Positions 47,652-58,835 of a DNA stretch of 64,000 nucleotides are shown here, piece by piece. Each line of letters starts with the position of its first letter. Positions within the stretch are counted from its first letter, which is position 1. The DNA lies in assembly GCA_965215605.1 (NCBI GenBank), contig OZ244070.1, positions 832,001-896,000 on the forward strand, given 5' to 3'. This DNA comes from an uncultured Candidatus Binatia bacterium (GTDB taxonomy: Bacteria; Desulfobacterota; Binatia; UBA9968; JAJDTQ01). The notes beneath the pieces were generated by a model that worked only from the letters and a program-made list of their open reading frames with translations, was not told the DNA's origin and did no database searches. A program made the position numbers and the translations under genes.

Positions 47652-50600
47652 TCAGGCAGCGAGCGGCCAGCGTTGGATGACGCGTTCGAGGAGACCGGGG
47701 CCGGAGGCGAAGACGCGGGTGCGCCAGGAGATGATCTCGACCGTGCATCCCATGCGCTTCAGGACCCCGGTGTCGGAATCCGTGGGTCCCTCGATCTCGA
47801 CCCGGTCGGCGCCCATGATGCGGCGGCGCGCGAGGCGCCAGCCGTTGGCAAGGGCGAGCGCCGTGCCCCGTGCCATGACCTCCTCGAAGGCCTCGGCGCC
47901 AGTCATGGCGATACCGCCCGCAAGGCCGAACGCGGCCCGCACGGCGCGGACCTGTCCGGCGTCGAGCACGCGTCCGATCAGCGCCTCGCCGTCGTCGGTC
48001 AGAAGGCGCCGCACCCGCATGTTCTCGGAAGGCAGGCGGTCCCAGACCGGCAGCAGGAGCCCTGCCGCGAGCCAGAACCGGGACTCCTTGTGCGAAGGCA
48101 GGCCGGCCATCTCGCGGTCCCAGAGCGCTCGCCATTCGGCCTCGGCGGCCTTCCGCCAGTTCGAGGCGTGGAGTTCGGCCCTGGCCATCGGGTCCCGCAC
48201 CGCGGGGCGCAAGAGCCGGACGCGCTGCTGCACGCCGCCGTCGTCGAACATGCGGGACGGCGCCGGAAGCACGACCGCTGCGCGGTCCGACCTGTCGTTG
48301 ACCACCAGGACCGGACCGCCGTCCGTCTGTTCGCCGATACCGAGGGCCTCGTCCGCGGAAGTGGGCTCCAGCCTGTCGCGGCGCACGATCTCGATGAGCT
48401 CGGTGGCGGCTCCGGCGCCCGGATGCTCGTACAGCGCCTCCCGGCCGGCAACGGACAGGGAATCGGCGCGCACGGTCTCGACGCCGGCCTCGTAAGTTCC
48501 GGCCTCCATTGCCTGTTCGATGCCCGCGGCGATGCGGTCTTCGAGTTCAGCGAAGAGTTGGTTCTGTTCGTCGATGGGCAGGGCCAGGAGCCTGTTCAGG
48601 AAGCGCGGCATGGGCGGCAACTCCTCCTTGAGCGAGCCTGCCCAGGTGAGCTTCAGCCCGGTGGCGTCCTCGAAACGCCCCAGGGGCCAGTCCGGGATGT
48701 TGCCGCAAGAGAGCGCCAGGTAGAACCGCCTCAGGGCCGCCCTGGCGTAGACGCTTTCGAGGTTGTCGCTCTCGCGGAAGAGCGTTGCGTCCGAGCCGCC
48801 CATGGCGGTCTGTGAGTCGCGCTGCCCGCGGGTGATGGCGCCCAGGCTGTCGAGGCGCCGCGCGATGGTGGCGATGAACCTGCGCTCGCCCTTCACGTCC
48901 GTGGTCACCGGCCGGAAGAGCGGCGCCGAGGCCTGGTGCGTCCGGTGGGTGCGGCCGAGACCCTGGATCGCCTGGTCGGCGCGCCAGCCGGGCTCCAGCA
49001 GGTAGTGCACCCGGCGCTGGGTGTTGGCGGACGAGAGGTCGGCGTGGTAGCTCCGCCCGGTGCCGCCGGCCATGGAGAACACGAGGATGCGCTTGGTTCC
49101 TTCCATGAACGCCGCGGTCTCGGAGAGGTTGGCGGAGGCCGGCCGGCCGCGGAGCGCCAGGCGTTCGCTGTTTCCATCCGTAATCCTGAGCACCCGCCGG
49201 GATCGGCCCGTGACTTCCGCCACGGCCTCGTGGCCGAAGTGCTGGACTACCTGGTCGAGGGCCGAGGGCACCGGCGGCAGGGACGCGAGCTTCTCGATCA
49301 GCGCGTCGCGCTGCGCAAGCGCCTCCCGGCACAGGACCGGCCGGCCCTCGGCGTCCGTGGCGGGGCGGCTCATGAGGTTCCCGTCGCCGTCGGTGTAGGG
49401 TTCCTGTAGCTGTACGGGAAATGCGTGGGCGAGGAAGTCGAGGACGGCCTCGCGCGGCGTCAGGTCGATGCCCAGGTCGTCCCACTCCGAGGCCGGTATC
49501 TCGGCGATGCGGCGTTCCATCAAGGCCTCGCCGGTGGAAACGAGCTGGATGACGGAGGACCGGCCGGCGTCGAGGTCGGCCTCGATCGCGCGGATCAGCG
49601 AGGGGCACTTCATGGCTGTCAGGAGATGCCCGAAGAAGCGTTGCTTGGCGCCCTCGAAGGCGCTCAGCGCCGCTGACTTGGCGTTCCTGTTGAGGGTGGA
49701 ACCCTGCTGCACGATGCCCGTGGCCTCGAGCGCGTCCTCGATGTTGGCGTGGATGATCTTGAACGCCCCGGCATAGGAATCGTAGATGCGCCGCTGCTCC
49801 GGCGAGAGCTCGTGCACCAGGATGTCCACCTCGACGCCGTCATAGGCCAGCGCGCGCGCCTGGTAGAGACCCAGGGCCTTGAGGTCCCTGGCGACGACTT
49901 CCATGGCCGCGACCCCGCCGGCTTCCATGGCGGAGACGAAATCGCTCCGGCTCTCGAAGGGCGTCTCGGTCGCGCCCCAGAGCCCGAGACGGCCGGCGTA
50001 GGCAAGTCCCTGCACGGTGGTGGCGCCGGTGGCCGAGACGTAGGAGATCCGCGCGTCGGGCAACGCGTTCTGGAGCCGCAGGCCTGCGCGGCCCTGGGCC
50101 GACGGCTTCACGTCGCCGCGGGCGCCCTTCCCTCCCGCGGCGTTGGCCATGGCGTGGGCCTCGTCGAAGACGACGGCGCCGTCGAAGGCATGGCGGGCGT
50201 CCTCATCGAGGCCTCCGGCGAGCCAGCCGACGATCTGGTCGAGCCGCGAGGCGCGGCCCTGGCGGGACGGCGAGCGCAGCGTGGCGTAGGTGGCGAAAAG
50301 AATACCGGTGGAGCGCGGGATCTCCTGGCCCTGGCGGAAGTCTGCGAGCGGGATCAGGTCGTCCTCGCCCCCGCCCAGCGCGGTCCAGTCCCGGCGTGCG
50401 TCCTCCAGGAGCTTGTCGGACTGGCTTAGCCAGAGGGCCCGTTTCCGTCCGCGGAGCCAGCCGTCGAGGATGACGGCCGCCACCTGACGCCCCTTGCCGC
50501 AGCCCGTGCCGTCTCCCAGCATCCAGCCCCGGCGGAAACGGACCGGCGCCGACAGAATCTCGCCTTCGTCCGTGAGGGTGATGTCGCCGTCGTCTTCGTC

Positions 50601-52136
50601 ACCACAGCGTTGGACGGTCTCCCAGCCGGAACCGATCCGGCAGCTCGCCGCGAGATGGCCCTCATGGGCCTGGCCCGCCAGGACGACGCTTTCGAGCTGG
50701 GCGTCCGACAGGAGGCCGTCCGCAACGACGCGTTCCGGCAGCATGGGGCGGTAGGACGGGGCCGGATGCGGGACGGCCGCCATTGCCGCGGACTGCACGA
50801 GCGGCGTTGGATGCACGACAGCGCCCGGAATCCGGGCGGCGCCCGCCCTCCAGGGCTCGTAGGGTCCGGAGGCGGCGCTGCCTGGGTCCGTGCCGGCATC
50901 CGCCGGGCCGGTCTCGACGCTCAGCTCGGACACGGTTCCCCAGTCATGGGCGGGTTCGGATGCGGGGGCCGCGGGTACAGGCGCGGTCTTTCGCCTGGGC
51001 GGGCGCGGCGCGGCCGCGTTGCCGAAGAGGTCCCGGCCCTGCGTGGCTTGGGCGGCGCGGACTTTCACGGGCAGGCGGGGCGGAACCCGGGCGATGACGG
51101 CGTCGAGCAGTTCCGCGGCAGTGGCGGCGCGGGCGTGGGGATCGACGTCGATGCCGGCCCGGCCCGTGCGGTCGAGCACGGTGAGCCTTGTGTCGAAGCC
51201 CGTGCCCCGGCGCGCGTAGACGCGGCCGTCGACGGCCATGGTGAAGACGACGCGGGCGGGCGGATCGAGGCGCCCGAAGGCGCCGTTCCAGCCGGAATCG
51301 CCGGGAACGCAGTTGGCCGAGGTGACGGCCACGAGCCGGCCTCCCGGCGGCAGCATGGAGAAGGCGGAACGCACATGCCGGAGGTCGGCGTCGTGGCGGA
51401 TGTGGCGGACGCCCGGCGTGGCTGAGAACGGCGGGTTCATGATGACAACGGTGGGCCGGGCGCCCGGCAGGCGGTCGTCGGCGTTCTCGGCGTTCACGCC
51501 GGTGACCAGGGTTTCGGGGAACAGGCGGCACAGGAGGGCGCGGCGGACGTCTGCGATCTCGTTCAGATGCAGGTTCCCGGCGGCGCGGCGCCCGAGCGCG
51601 CATTCCGCCATGACCGCCAGTATGCCGGTGCCCGCGGAGGGCTCCAGCACGACGTCGCCCGGCCGGACCGCAGCGGCCTGGAGTGCCGCGTAGGCCAGCG
51701 GCAGGGGCGTCGAGAACTGCTGGAGGCGGACCTGCTCTTCCGAGCGCTTCGTGTGGGACGGCTCAAGCGCGGCGACAGCCTCCAGCATCCTGAGCATGTT
51801 GGCGGGTCCGTCCGGACCGGCCCCGGCGTGGCGGCGCATGGCCCGGCCGTGGCGGCGGATGAACAGCACGGCCGCGGCCTCGGCGGCCTCGTAGGCGTCC
51901 TTCCAGACCCATGCGCCCTCGGCATCGCCGACGCCGAAGGCGCGCGTCATGGCGTCCCGCAGGGTGGCGGCGTCGAGCGGCCGGCCGGCCTCCAGGACCG
52001 GCAGGAGGGTTGTGGCGGCGGTGAACAGCGCGTCATGTGCGGAAGGCTCGGAGCCCGGGGCGGCGGGGACGGAAGGAAGGGCGTGGGGAACGGGAAGGCG
52101 CGCGGACGCGTCCGCCGCCGTGTGGGCGTCGAGCAT
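47652..52136 (-). CDS. Strawberry-notch family SF2 helicase fused to an N-terminal adenine methyltransferase
   Basis: QQFSTP, VLEPSAGTG, MNPPFS; GDGTGCGKGRQ, FDEAH, SATGA, QGLGRTHR.HQ. Confidence 0.92.
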   Translation of the reverse strand: MLDAHTAADASARLPVPHALPSVPAAPGSEPSAHDALFTAATTLLPVLEAGRPLDAATLRDAMTRAFGVGDAEGAWVWKDAYEAAEAAAVLFIRRHGRAMRRHAGAGPDGPANMLRMLEAVAALEPSHTKRSEEQVRLQQFSTPLPLAYAALQAAAVRPGDVVLEPSAGTGILAVMAECALGRRAAGNLHLNEIADVRRALLCRLFPETLVTGVNAENADDRLPGARPTVVIMNPPFSATPGVRHIRHDADLRHVRSAFSMLPPGGRLVAVTSANCVPGDSGWNGAFGRLDPPARVVFTMAVDGRVYARRGTGFDTRLTVLDRTGRAGIDVDPHARAATAAELLDAVIARVPPRLPVKVRAAQATQGRDLFGNAAAPRPPRRKTAPVPAAPASEPAHDWGTVSELSVETGPADAGTDPGSAASGPYEPWRAGAARIPGAVVHPTPLVQSAAMAAVPHPAPSYRPMLPERVVADGLLSDAQLESVVLAGQAHEGHLAASCRIGSGWETVQRCGDEDDGDITLTDEGEILSAPVRFRRGWMLGDGTGCGKGRQVAAVILDGWLRGRKRALWLSQSDKLLEDARRDWTALGGGEDDLIPLADFRQGQEIPRSTGILFATYATLRSPSRQGRASRLDQIVGWLAGGLDEDARHAFDGAVVFDEAHAMANAAGGKGARGDVKPSAQGRAGLRLQNALPDARISYVSATGATTVQGLAYAGRLGLWGATETPFESRSDFVSAMEAGGVAAMEVVARDLKALGLYQARALAYDGVEVDILVHELSPEQRRIYDSYAGAFKIIHANIEDALEATGIVQQGSTLNRNAKSAALSAFEGAKQRFFGHLLTAMKCPSLIRAIEADLDAGRSSVIQLVSTGEALMERRIAEIPASEWDDLGIDLTPREAVLDFLAHAFPVQLQEPYTDGDGNLMSRPATDAEGRPVLCREALAQRDALIEKLASLPPVPSALDQVVQHFGHEAVAEVTGRSRRVLRITDGNSERLALRGRPASANLSETAAFMEGTKRILVFSMAGGTGRSYHADLSSANTQRRVHYLLEPGWRADQAIQGLGRTHRTHQASAPLFRPVTTDVKGERRFIATIARRLDSLGAITRGQRDSQTAMGGSDATLFRESDNLESVYARAALRRFYLALSCGNIPDWPLGRFEDATGLKLTWAGSLKEELPPMPRFLNRLLALPIDEQNQLFAELEDRIAAGIEQAMEAGTYEAGVETVRADSLSVAGREALYEHPGAGAATELIEIVRRDRLEPTSADEALGIGEQTDGGPVLVVNDRSDRAAVVLPAPSRMFDDGGVQQRVRLLRPAVRDPMARAELHASNWRKAAEAEWRALWDREMAGLPSHKESRFWLAAGLLLPVWDRLPSENMRVRRLLTDDGEALIGRVLDAGQVRAVRAAFGLAGGIAMTGAEAFEEVMARGTALALANGWRLARRRIMGADRVEIEGPTDSDTGVLKRMGCTVEIISWRTRVFASGPGLLERVIQRWPLAA

Positions 52137-52282
52137 GGATCTCTCCCTCCTGGAAGTGCGTGAAAGTACCGGGGCGCGGTGCGGAACGAATCCTCCCGCA
52201 CGGCGCCTGCGGCCTGCCCCGGACCGGCTGCCCGGCCTCCTCGCGGCGGGGAGCAGACGTGCGGGGGATCACGCGGGATCGG

Positions 52283-52576
52283 CTATCCCTGGTTCCGGGC
52301 GTTCCGCCGTTCGGACGCGCGGGCGCGGCAGTCGTCCATCAGCCGGCGGTATTCGTCGAAGTCGAGATCGGAATCGCCCTGGACGAGGAACGCCAGTTGC
52401 GTGGTCATGAGGCGGACCGCGGCGTCTTCGCTCTGATTGCCGCCCTCGCCGATGACCTGCGTGCATGCCTGGTGGATGGCGAGTGCGACGCCTGACGGGT
52501 TGGACGCGCCGGGATCGACGATGGCGAGGGCGGCCGCATGGCGGTCGTAGCCTTCGGGGAGGTCGAAGAAGCTCAT
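52283..52576 (-). CDS. Hypothetical protein
   Basis: Translationally coupled; GA.NPSGVA motif. Confidence 0.6.
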   Translation of the reverse strand: MSFFDLPEGYDRHAAALAIVDPGASNPSGVALAIHQACTQVIGEGGNQSEDAAVRLMTTQLAFLVQGDSDLDFDEYRRLMDDCRARASERRNARNQG

Positions 52577-52893
52577 AGGTCCGCCCTCCGCATCCGGGCG
52601 ACGAGGCTTTCCACGACGCCGGCGTCGGCGCCGCAGGCTTCGCCCCAGCCGCGGATGTTCGTCTCGAAGTCCTCCAGCGATCCGAGATGCTGGTCGAACA
52701 GCGGGTTTTGGTCGGTCGCGGCCAGCACGCAGTTGCCGGAAACGGCGACGCCGGTGATGGCCGGGCTGGTCATGGGCTTGAGGCCCAGGAGCCAGCAAAG
52801 GAACGCCGAGAACATCGGCGAGAGGTCCGGGCCGCGGCGCGGGTCCATCGGGTGCATGGCCGGCGGCGGGCCGGCGGGATGCTGACGAGTCAT
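52573..52893 (-). CDS. Hypothetical protein
   Basis: ATGA overlaps with both neighbours. Confidence 0.6.
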   Translation of the reverse strand: MTRQHPAGPPPAMHPMDPRRGPDLSPMFSAFLCWLLGLKPMTSPAITGVAVSGNCVLAATDQNPLFDQHLGSLEDFETNIRGWGEACGADAGVVESLVARMRRADL

Positions 52894-53471
52894 AACAGGC
52901 CCTCCCGGTTAAAACTGAAGAAGCGGTCGTGCCCGCAGACGACGTGGTCGTGGACCCGGACTCCCAGCACCTCGGCCACCTGCCGGAGCCGATGGGTGAT
53001 GTCCACGTCCTCGCGCGAAGGCGATGGATCGCCCGAGGGGTGGTTGTGGGTGAAGATGACCCCGGCTGCGGACTCGCGGATGACCGGGTTGAAGACCTCC
53101 CTGGGATGAACGACGGACGCCGTAAGGCTGCCCGTGGAAACCCGATGGCGGCGAATCAGCCTGTTCCGGTTGGTCATCAACAAGACATCGAAGTGTTCGC
53201 GGTATTCGTTCACGTACCGCGGCCGCATGTAGCGGTAGGCCTCCTCGGGACTGCTGACCATCGGAGCGTTCTCGTGCACGCAGGATTCGGCTTCGAGCAG
53301 TTGCCGGCCCAGTTCGAACGCCGCCTTGACCCTCCCGGCCTGCGCCGCGGTGAGGCCGTGGCGCCGCAGTTCCCGGACCGTCATCGAATCGAGGCCAAGC
53401 AGGGAGAGGCCGGCGATCCTCGCTGTCCCGTTCGCTCCGATCAGTGCTTCCATCGGGTTCCGTACTTCCAT
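52890..53471 (-). CDS. radC: RadC-like JAB domain protein
   Basis: E.F.V, GSL..SVVHPREVF, HNHPSGDPSPS.ED, DHVV. Confidence 0.92.
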   Translation of the reverse strand: MEVRNPMEALIGANGTARIAGLSLLGLDSMTVRELRRHGLTAAQAGRVKAAFELGRQLLEAESCVHENAPMVSSPEEAYRYMRPRYVNEYREHFDVLLMTNRNRLIRRHRVSTGSLTASVVHPREVFNPVIRESAAGVIFTHNHPSGDPSPSREDVDITHRLRQVAEVLGVRVHDHVVCGHDRFFSFNREGLL

Positions 53472-54039
53472 GGCGTCCTCTTTCCCGGCCGGAGTCATCC
53501 GATCCGGCCTCTTGGCCGGTCAGGGGATCAGGCAGTGCAAAATGAGTGCCGGGGAATCGCATCCCGGCGCCGGGGCCGCGGCCGCGGGCATTGGCAACCT
53601 CCATGTGGCTGAAAATGAAAGCGCCCCGCCCTGGCCGGGTGGCCGGGGCGAGGCGCGCAGGGGATGGGGATGCTTGGGCGGAAGGGCCCGGTGGGGTCTA
53701 AAACTTGACGACATGTGTGCGATCGTTGTCAGGGCTCCGGGCGTTCGGGGGCGGCTTCCGGCGCATCTCGGGCGCGAGAAGTCCCATGGGCGGTCTCCTT
53801 GCGGGCGGGATGAATGTCGGGGAGCGGAACGGCCGCTCCCGCGTCCCGGACGCCCTGCGACCGGAAACAGCCGGGCTCGGCTCCGGGCGGCGCGCGGGCA
53901 GTCCTGCAGGAGAGGCGTGGAATGCGGGCGGCCGTCCGGCTCAGGTTGTGTTCCTGGGGCGATCGCCCGGGGCGCCCCAGGGTGGCGCGTCGCTCCCGGT
54001 CGGGCCGGATCGCCGCACCGCGGGTGCGCCTCCGTTGGA

Positions 54040-54363
54040 TCAGTCGTCGGAACGAAATCGCATGCGCGGATGGAAATGTTCGAGGGCGGGCGGTGGTTGC
54101 CTTGCGGCGGCGAGCTTGCCGGCGACGGCCCCGGCGCTGGACGGCTCGATTGCGGCGGCCATTGGTTGTCTCACCTGGCTGTTATCCGCGGCCCAGTCTC
54201 CCAGGTTCGCGGCCGCTTCGGAGTGCAGGCAGTCCTCGCAGACGTTCCAGGTGGCGAGGTCCCCGCGGTCATTGATCTGAAGCTCGAACGCCGGCCGTGT
54301 GTCCCCGCATTCCTCGCATGGCCGGATGTCGAGCGCCCTGGCGGTGATGATGATTTCCTGCAC
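54040..54363 (-). CDS. Small CxxC...CxxC zinc-finger protein
   Basis: CEECG...VCEDC; GAAAGGA RBS before GTG. Confidence 0.5.
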   Translation of the reverse strand: MQEIIITARALDIRPCEECGDTRPAFELQINDRGDLATWNVCEDCLHSEAAANLGDWAADNSQVRQPMAAAIEPSSAGAVAGKLAAARQPPPALEHFHPRMRFRSDD

Positions 54364-54566
54364 GGCGCCTGTCCTTTCCGGCGCCGGGCGCCAGGTCCGG
54401 GCCTTCAGGGCCGCTTCGAGCACGGCCCCCTGCTTTTCCAGCGGCCAAGCATGTCTCCGATGATTGCATGCCCGCTTCCCGAATGAGGCGCAATCGCCAC
54501 ACGTCTGCCCGGCTTCCACTTGCAGTCTCGTCCGGCCGCTGCGGAACCCCGGGTGTTCCCCTGACA

Positions 54567-56312
54567 CTATTCGGCGGGATCGCCCAGGGTGACCCGGATG
54601 TCCGGGCGGGTGATGGAGATCTCCACCTTGCGGTTGTTGGGGACGAGCCAGAAGAGCTCGCGCCGGACGGTCTCGGCGATGGAGAGTTCCAGCGCCGAAT
54701 CCTCGCTGCACAGGAGCCTGGTGGCGATGTGGAGCGCCTCTTCGTCGAACCGCACGGCCTGGGTCTCGCGGCTGTCGGCGTCCGCATCGTCGGAGGCCGA
54801 GAAGAAGCTCAGGCGCAGCAACTCCGCGAGCCGGCGCGGTTCCAGGGTGCTGTCCGCGGTGACCAGCGGCAGCGCGTTGCAGACCCAGTCCCAGGCCTCG
54901 CCCGCGAACACCAGATCGGCGGGGAGAACGATCGTGAGGCTCCGGGCGCGGGCGGTCTTGACGGCAAGCGACATGCGGATCGCGTCAGGACGGGCCGCCA
55001 GCGGGGCGGCGGCTCCCGTCCGCTCGGGCGCGGGATAGTCGTGGAGCGGCCACACCGTGCCGTCGGCGGCCGTGAGCTGGGTGTCGATGCCCGTGAGGCG
55101 GTCGAGCCGGTCATACCAACCGTAGCCGTTGAGGCGCTTGTCGGCCTCGAAGAGCCCCTCCGCCATGCCGGCGCGCTCCGCGGCGCGCCACAGCGCTTGC
55201 GCCTCGGGCGGCTCAGGATCGCAGGCGATGACCAGCGCGTCGGGGGCGGCCGGCGCGGGCTTCGGCGGTTCCCGCCAGTCGTCTACGTCGGCGATGCCGG
55301 GCCGCCAGGGTCGGAGGACCGCCGGCGGCGGCGCAAGCTCGATCCCGGCGTCGCGCGCCCGTGTCCAGTCGACAAAGGCGGGACGCGGCTCGGGATCGGC
55401 GGCCATGGCGCGGTAGATCGCCAGGCGCGCCGCCTCGCGCATGTCGGCTAGAAACGCGTTCTCGACGGCTTCCCTGCGCGCGGGCAATTGCAGTTCCAGG
55501 CCGGGGCAGTCCACGACGTCGGCGCGGACGGACCAGATGCCGCGGTGGACGGTCTCGACCGTGGGCAGGCGGACGGCAACCGTCAGCCCGAAGAAGTTGA
55601 GGTCGGGCTCGAGGTAGCCGCGACTGCGGTCCCGGTAGACGCCGAAGGTGAGCCCGTTCCAGCTCTCGGCGTGGACGGCGCCGTCGAGGAAGGCCCGGCG
55701 TTCAAGCGTCTCGCCTTCGAAGGTGACCGGCAGCGGGTAGTGGCGCGCCGCACTGGCGATCGCGGAGCGGATCATGTCCGCGGACACCGTGGCCTGGAAC
55801 TGCACGGCGGCGCCGGATGGATACGGCGCGTTGTCGTCGTACAGGACCTGGGCGTCGCTGTGGCCGGTGAAATGTTCCGGCAAGAGGTCCACGGACCAGC
55901 CATGCCCGAGATGGCCGTCCGGCGTACGCGGCCGCGACGAGATCCGGCAGCCTCGGTGGGCGAGGCTCAGGATTCCCATGCCGGCGGCGTCCTCGCGGGC
56001 CACCATGTCGTCGTTCCAGCCGTTCTCGCCGAAGCTCAGCAGGACGGCGGGGTCCTCGATGCCGGCGCCGTCGTCGGTGACGGTCACGGTCAGGCGCGCC
56101 TCGGACGGCTCCGTCCCGCAGTCGGCGGGCGGGTCAACGGCTGTGCCCACAGTGACGCGGACGCGGGCGGCGCCGGCCCGGCGGGCGTTCTGCAGAGTCT
56201 CGACGAAAATTTCGTAGAGCGTGGATGCAAAGAACCTCGTTACGCGCTTGAGCGCGCTGTCGTGGACCCGGGCGCGAATGGTCGCCGCGGGCGGATTGGC
56301 GGTGCGTGTCAT
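54567..56312 (-). CDS. GHKL/HATPase-domain protein
   Basis: E.LQNARRAGA, V.DDG.GI, AGMG..SL. Confidence 0.85.
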   Translation of the reverse strand: MTRTANPPAATIRARVHDSALKRVTRFFASTLYEIFVETLQNARRAGAARVRVTVGTAVDPPADCGTEPSEARLTVTVTDDGAGIEDPAVLLSFGENGWNDDMVAREDAAGMGILSLAHRGCRISSRPRTPDGHLGHGWSVDLLPEHFTGHSDAQVLYDDNAPYPSGAAVQFQATVSADMIRSAIASAARHYPLPVTFEGETLERRAFLDGAVHAESWNGLTFGVYRDRSRGYLEPDLNFFGLTVAVRLPTVETVHRGIWSVRADVVDCPGLELQLPARREAVENAFLADMREAARLAIYRAMAADPEPRPAFVDWTRARDAGIELAPPPAVLRPWRPGIADVDDWREPPKPAPAAPDALVIACDPEPPEAQALWRAAERAGMAEGLFEADKRLNGYGWYDRLDRLTGIDTQLTAADGTVWPLHDYPAPERTGAAAPLAARPDAIRMSLAVKTARARSLTIVLPADLVFAGEAWDWVCNALPLVTADSTLEPRRLAELLRLSFFSASDDADADSRETQAVRFDEEALHIATRLLCSEDSALELSIAETVRRELFWLVPNNRKVEISITRPDIRVTLGDPAE

Positions 56313-56396
56313 GCGGGGCCTCCATGGTTGGATGGGAAAACGGAAGCGCCCCGTCCGGCGGTGGGCGGGGCGGGCGCTTCCGGGCCGGAGGGCGGG

Positions 56397-58835
56397 TCAG
56401 ACGCGGCGCAGGAACTCGGGGATGTCGGCCCCGTCGCCGTGGTCGTAGCCGTTGACCCGGCCGGCATGGCTTGTGATCTCCGTGGGCGTCGGCGTGCCGG
56501 CAGGCTCGGCGGCCGCGCCGTCGGCTTCGGCGGTTCGATCGTCATCGCCGGCCGTGGGATCGGCCTCGTCACCCGCGGACGCGGTGCTGCCGTTCCCCTT
56601 GGCGATGGCGGCGACGGCCGCCCCCGGGGCCTCGATGCTCTCGGCCGCGAAGACCGGCTGTGGCGGATCGGCGGGTGCGTCGGCGCTCTCCGGTTCCACC
56701 TGCTCTGCGGTGCTGGTGCCTTCCGGTTCCGGCGACGGTTCCAGATCGACCGCGGGGTCCGGCGCCTTGGCGGGCGCTGCTGTCTCCGCGCAGGCATCCT
56801 CGACGCCGGCGCGGCCCGCGTCGAATGCCTTGAAGCCGGGCGGCGTCCAGGCGAGCGCGGCTGCGTGGGCGTCGGCCGTGATCCCGAGCGGAGGGCTGCC
56901 GGCCGCGAAGGCCCCTTCCATCGCCTTGGCCAGCGCGGCCTTCTTGCTCTTGGCCCGCGCCGAGACCCATGCCGGTCCCAAGGTTGCCCTGGCGATGTCC
57001 AGGATGCGCCCCTTGTTGATGCGCGACCACAGCATGTCCGCACTCGGGCGCACCTGGCCTGCGAAGTCGATGTCCAGCCGGGCGACGGTGGCTTCCAGCT
57101 CGGGACGCGCCTGGGGCTCGAAGGCCAACTGGCCCTTGACCGTGCGCGCCACCGAGGCCGCGAAAAGCGCCTGCTTCTCCGCCTCCGGCAACGCCCGGAG
57201 CGCCGCGAACGATTCGCCGTCGTCCTCGATGGTGAGCCAGTCCAGCGGCAGGCTGGAGCGGTCGGCGAGCATCGTCTCGCCCGGGCTCCAGGCGCCGAAG
57301 TCCTGGTCGTTCATGCGCATCGTGGGCCGGTCAGCGGTCTCCCTGATGGCGATGTCGAGCGCATGGTCCCGGTAGCCGCGGGTGAACACGGCGCGGCCGA
57401 GCTGGAACAGCATGAGGTCGAAGGCGGCCTCGAAGTCGTTCCCGAGGTGCGCCTTGACCAGTGCCGTGCGGATCGAGCGGAGATCGCCGGCAAGCCCGAT
57501 CCCGACCCCGGCTTCCTTGCGCGCCTCGGCCTGCGGGTCGGGAGGAGACGCGATGGGCTGGGAGATCGCGTGCCCCTGGAAACGGACGGACCCGGTGGTT
57601 TCATCGCCGTCGCCGTCACCGGCATCGCCCCCGGCGCTGTTGCCGGAATCGGCCGGCTTCGGCATGTCCTCGGGACGGACCAGGCCCCCGATGACCTGAA
57701 GCTCGCCGTTCCATGCGATGGTGGCGATGGCTCCGGCGATCGCGTAGTCCTCCGCCCGGTAGGTCTCGCGGGCCTCGATCGCCGCGCTGATCTCGCCTGT
57801 CCGGGTCTCGATGGCCTCGGCCTCCTCGGCGAGCGCCTCGGTCCAGTCGTCTTCGTCGAGATTGGCGAGCTCGTCCTCGCGGGTGCGGAGACGCTCGAGT
57901 TCCGCCGTCTCCTCATCGGTCGGCGCGGCGGGCTCCGGCTGGATGCGCCCGTAACGCGCCATCGAGGTCCAGTCGACCTCCGGCACGGCCGTTGCCCAGC
58001 GCCAGCGGGTCTGGAGGTCCTTCACGGCCTCGCCCAGCTTGTCCATGGCGAGTTTCTGCAGGAGCACCGGGTCCTCCAGCCAGATTCCGCTCTCGTCCTC
58101 GTCGGCGAAGAGGTCCCGCAACACCGGTCCGCCGGCGGCCTCGTAGGCGTCGACGCCGACGAAACGGGCCATGGCGGAGTTCGCCGGAATCCGCTCTTCG
58201 GTCAGCAGGCGTTTCACCCCCCAGGGGGTCGGACGGCAGCCCTGGTTCGCTACCTGCCCCCAGGCAGCCATCTGGCGGTGGTGATCGGTCGTCACGGCGA
58301 ACGCCTTGAGCGTCTCCAGGTCGATCTCGTCGGCCCGGTAGGCGTCGAGCAGTTCGGGCGCCGCGTTGCCGAGCCGCAGGCGCTGTTCGACCAAAGGCTC
58401 GGAGATGCCGAACCGCGCGGCGATGGCCGCCACCGTGACGCCGGATTCGATGAGCTTCGTGAACGCGGTCACTTGGTCCGCGGGATGCATGGCGATGCGT
58501 ATGACGTTCTCGGCGAGCGACAGCTCACTGGACGAGGCATTGCCGTCGACGACCAGGCACGGCACCGGATGGGCGGCATCGAGTACGCCGGCCGCGGCAA
58601 GGGCCTTGAGCGCGGCGAGGCGGCGGCCGCCCGCGACCACGGCATAGCCGCCGCCGGGGCCTTCGCTTCGGACGATCAGGTTTTCCAGCAGCCCATGGGC
58701 TGCGATGGAAGCCTTCAACTCGGCCTCGGCGGTCGCGTCGGGCGGCGTCTTGCGCACGTTCTCCGGCGCGACGGACAGCCGGTCGAGCGCGATCGGGCGG
58801 ATCGCCGGCTCGTGGACGGGAGCGATGTGGTTCAT
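56397..58835 (-). CDS. Large ParB/Spo0J-domain protein of plasmid leading regions
   Basis: NVRK, L.ASI..HGLL.NL, VVAGGRRL.AL, SLAEN..R..MHPADQ. Confidence 0.9.
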   Translation of the reverse strand: MNHIAPVHEPAIRPIALDRLSVAPENVRKTPPDATAEAELKASIAAHGLLENLIVRSEGPGGGYAVVAGGRRLAALKALAAAGVLDAAHPVPCLVVDGNASSSELSLAENVIRIAMHPADQVTAFTKLIESGVTVAAIAARFGISEPLVEQRLRLGNAAPELLDAYRADEIDLETLKAFAVTTDHHRQMAAWGQVANQGCRPTPWGVKRLLTEERIPANSAMARFVGVDAYEAAGGPVLRDLFADEDESGIWLEDPVLLQKLAMDKLGEAVKDLQTRWRWATAVPEVDWTSMARYGRIQPEPAAPTDEETAELERLRTREDELANLDEDDWTEALAEEAEAIETRTGEISAAIEARETYRAEDYAIAGAIATIAWNGELQVIGGLVRPEDMPKPADSGNSAGGDAGDGDGDETTGSVRFQGHAISQPIASPPDPQAEARKEAGVGIGLAGDLRSIRTALVKAHLGNDFEAAFDLMLFQLGRAVFTRGYRDHALDIAIRETADRPTMRMNDQDFGAWSPGETMLADRSSLPLDWLTIEDDGESFAALRALPEAEKQALFAASVARTVKGQLAFEPQARPELEATVARLDIDFAGQVRPSADMLWSRINKGRILDIARATLGPAWVSARAKSKKAALAKAMEGAFAAGSPPLGITADAHAAALAWTPPGFKAFDAGRAGVEDACAETAAPAKAPDPAVDLEPSPEPEGTSTAEQVEPESADAPADPPQPVFAAESIEAPGAAVAAIAKGNGSTASAGDEADPTAGDDDRTAEADGAAAEPAGTPTPTEITSHAGRVNGYDHGDGADIPEFLRRV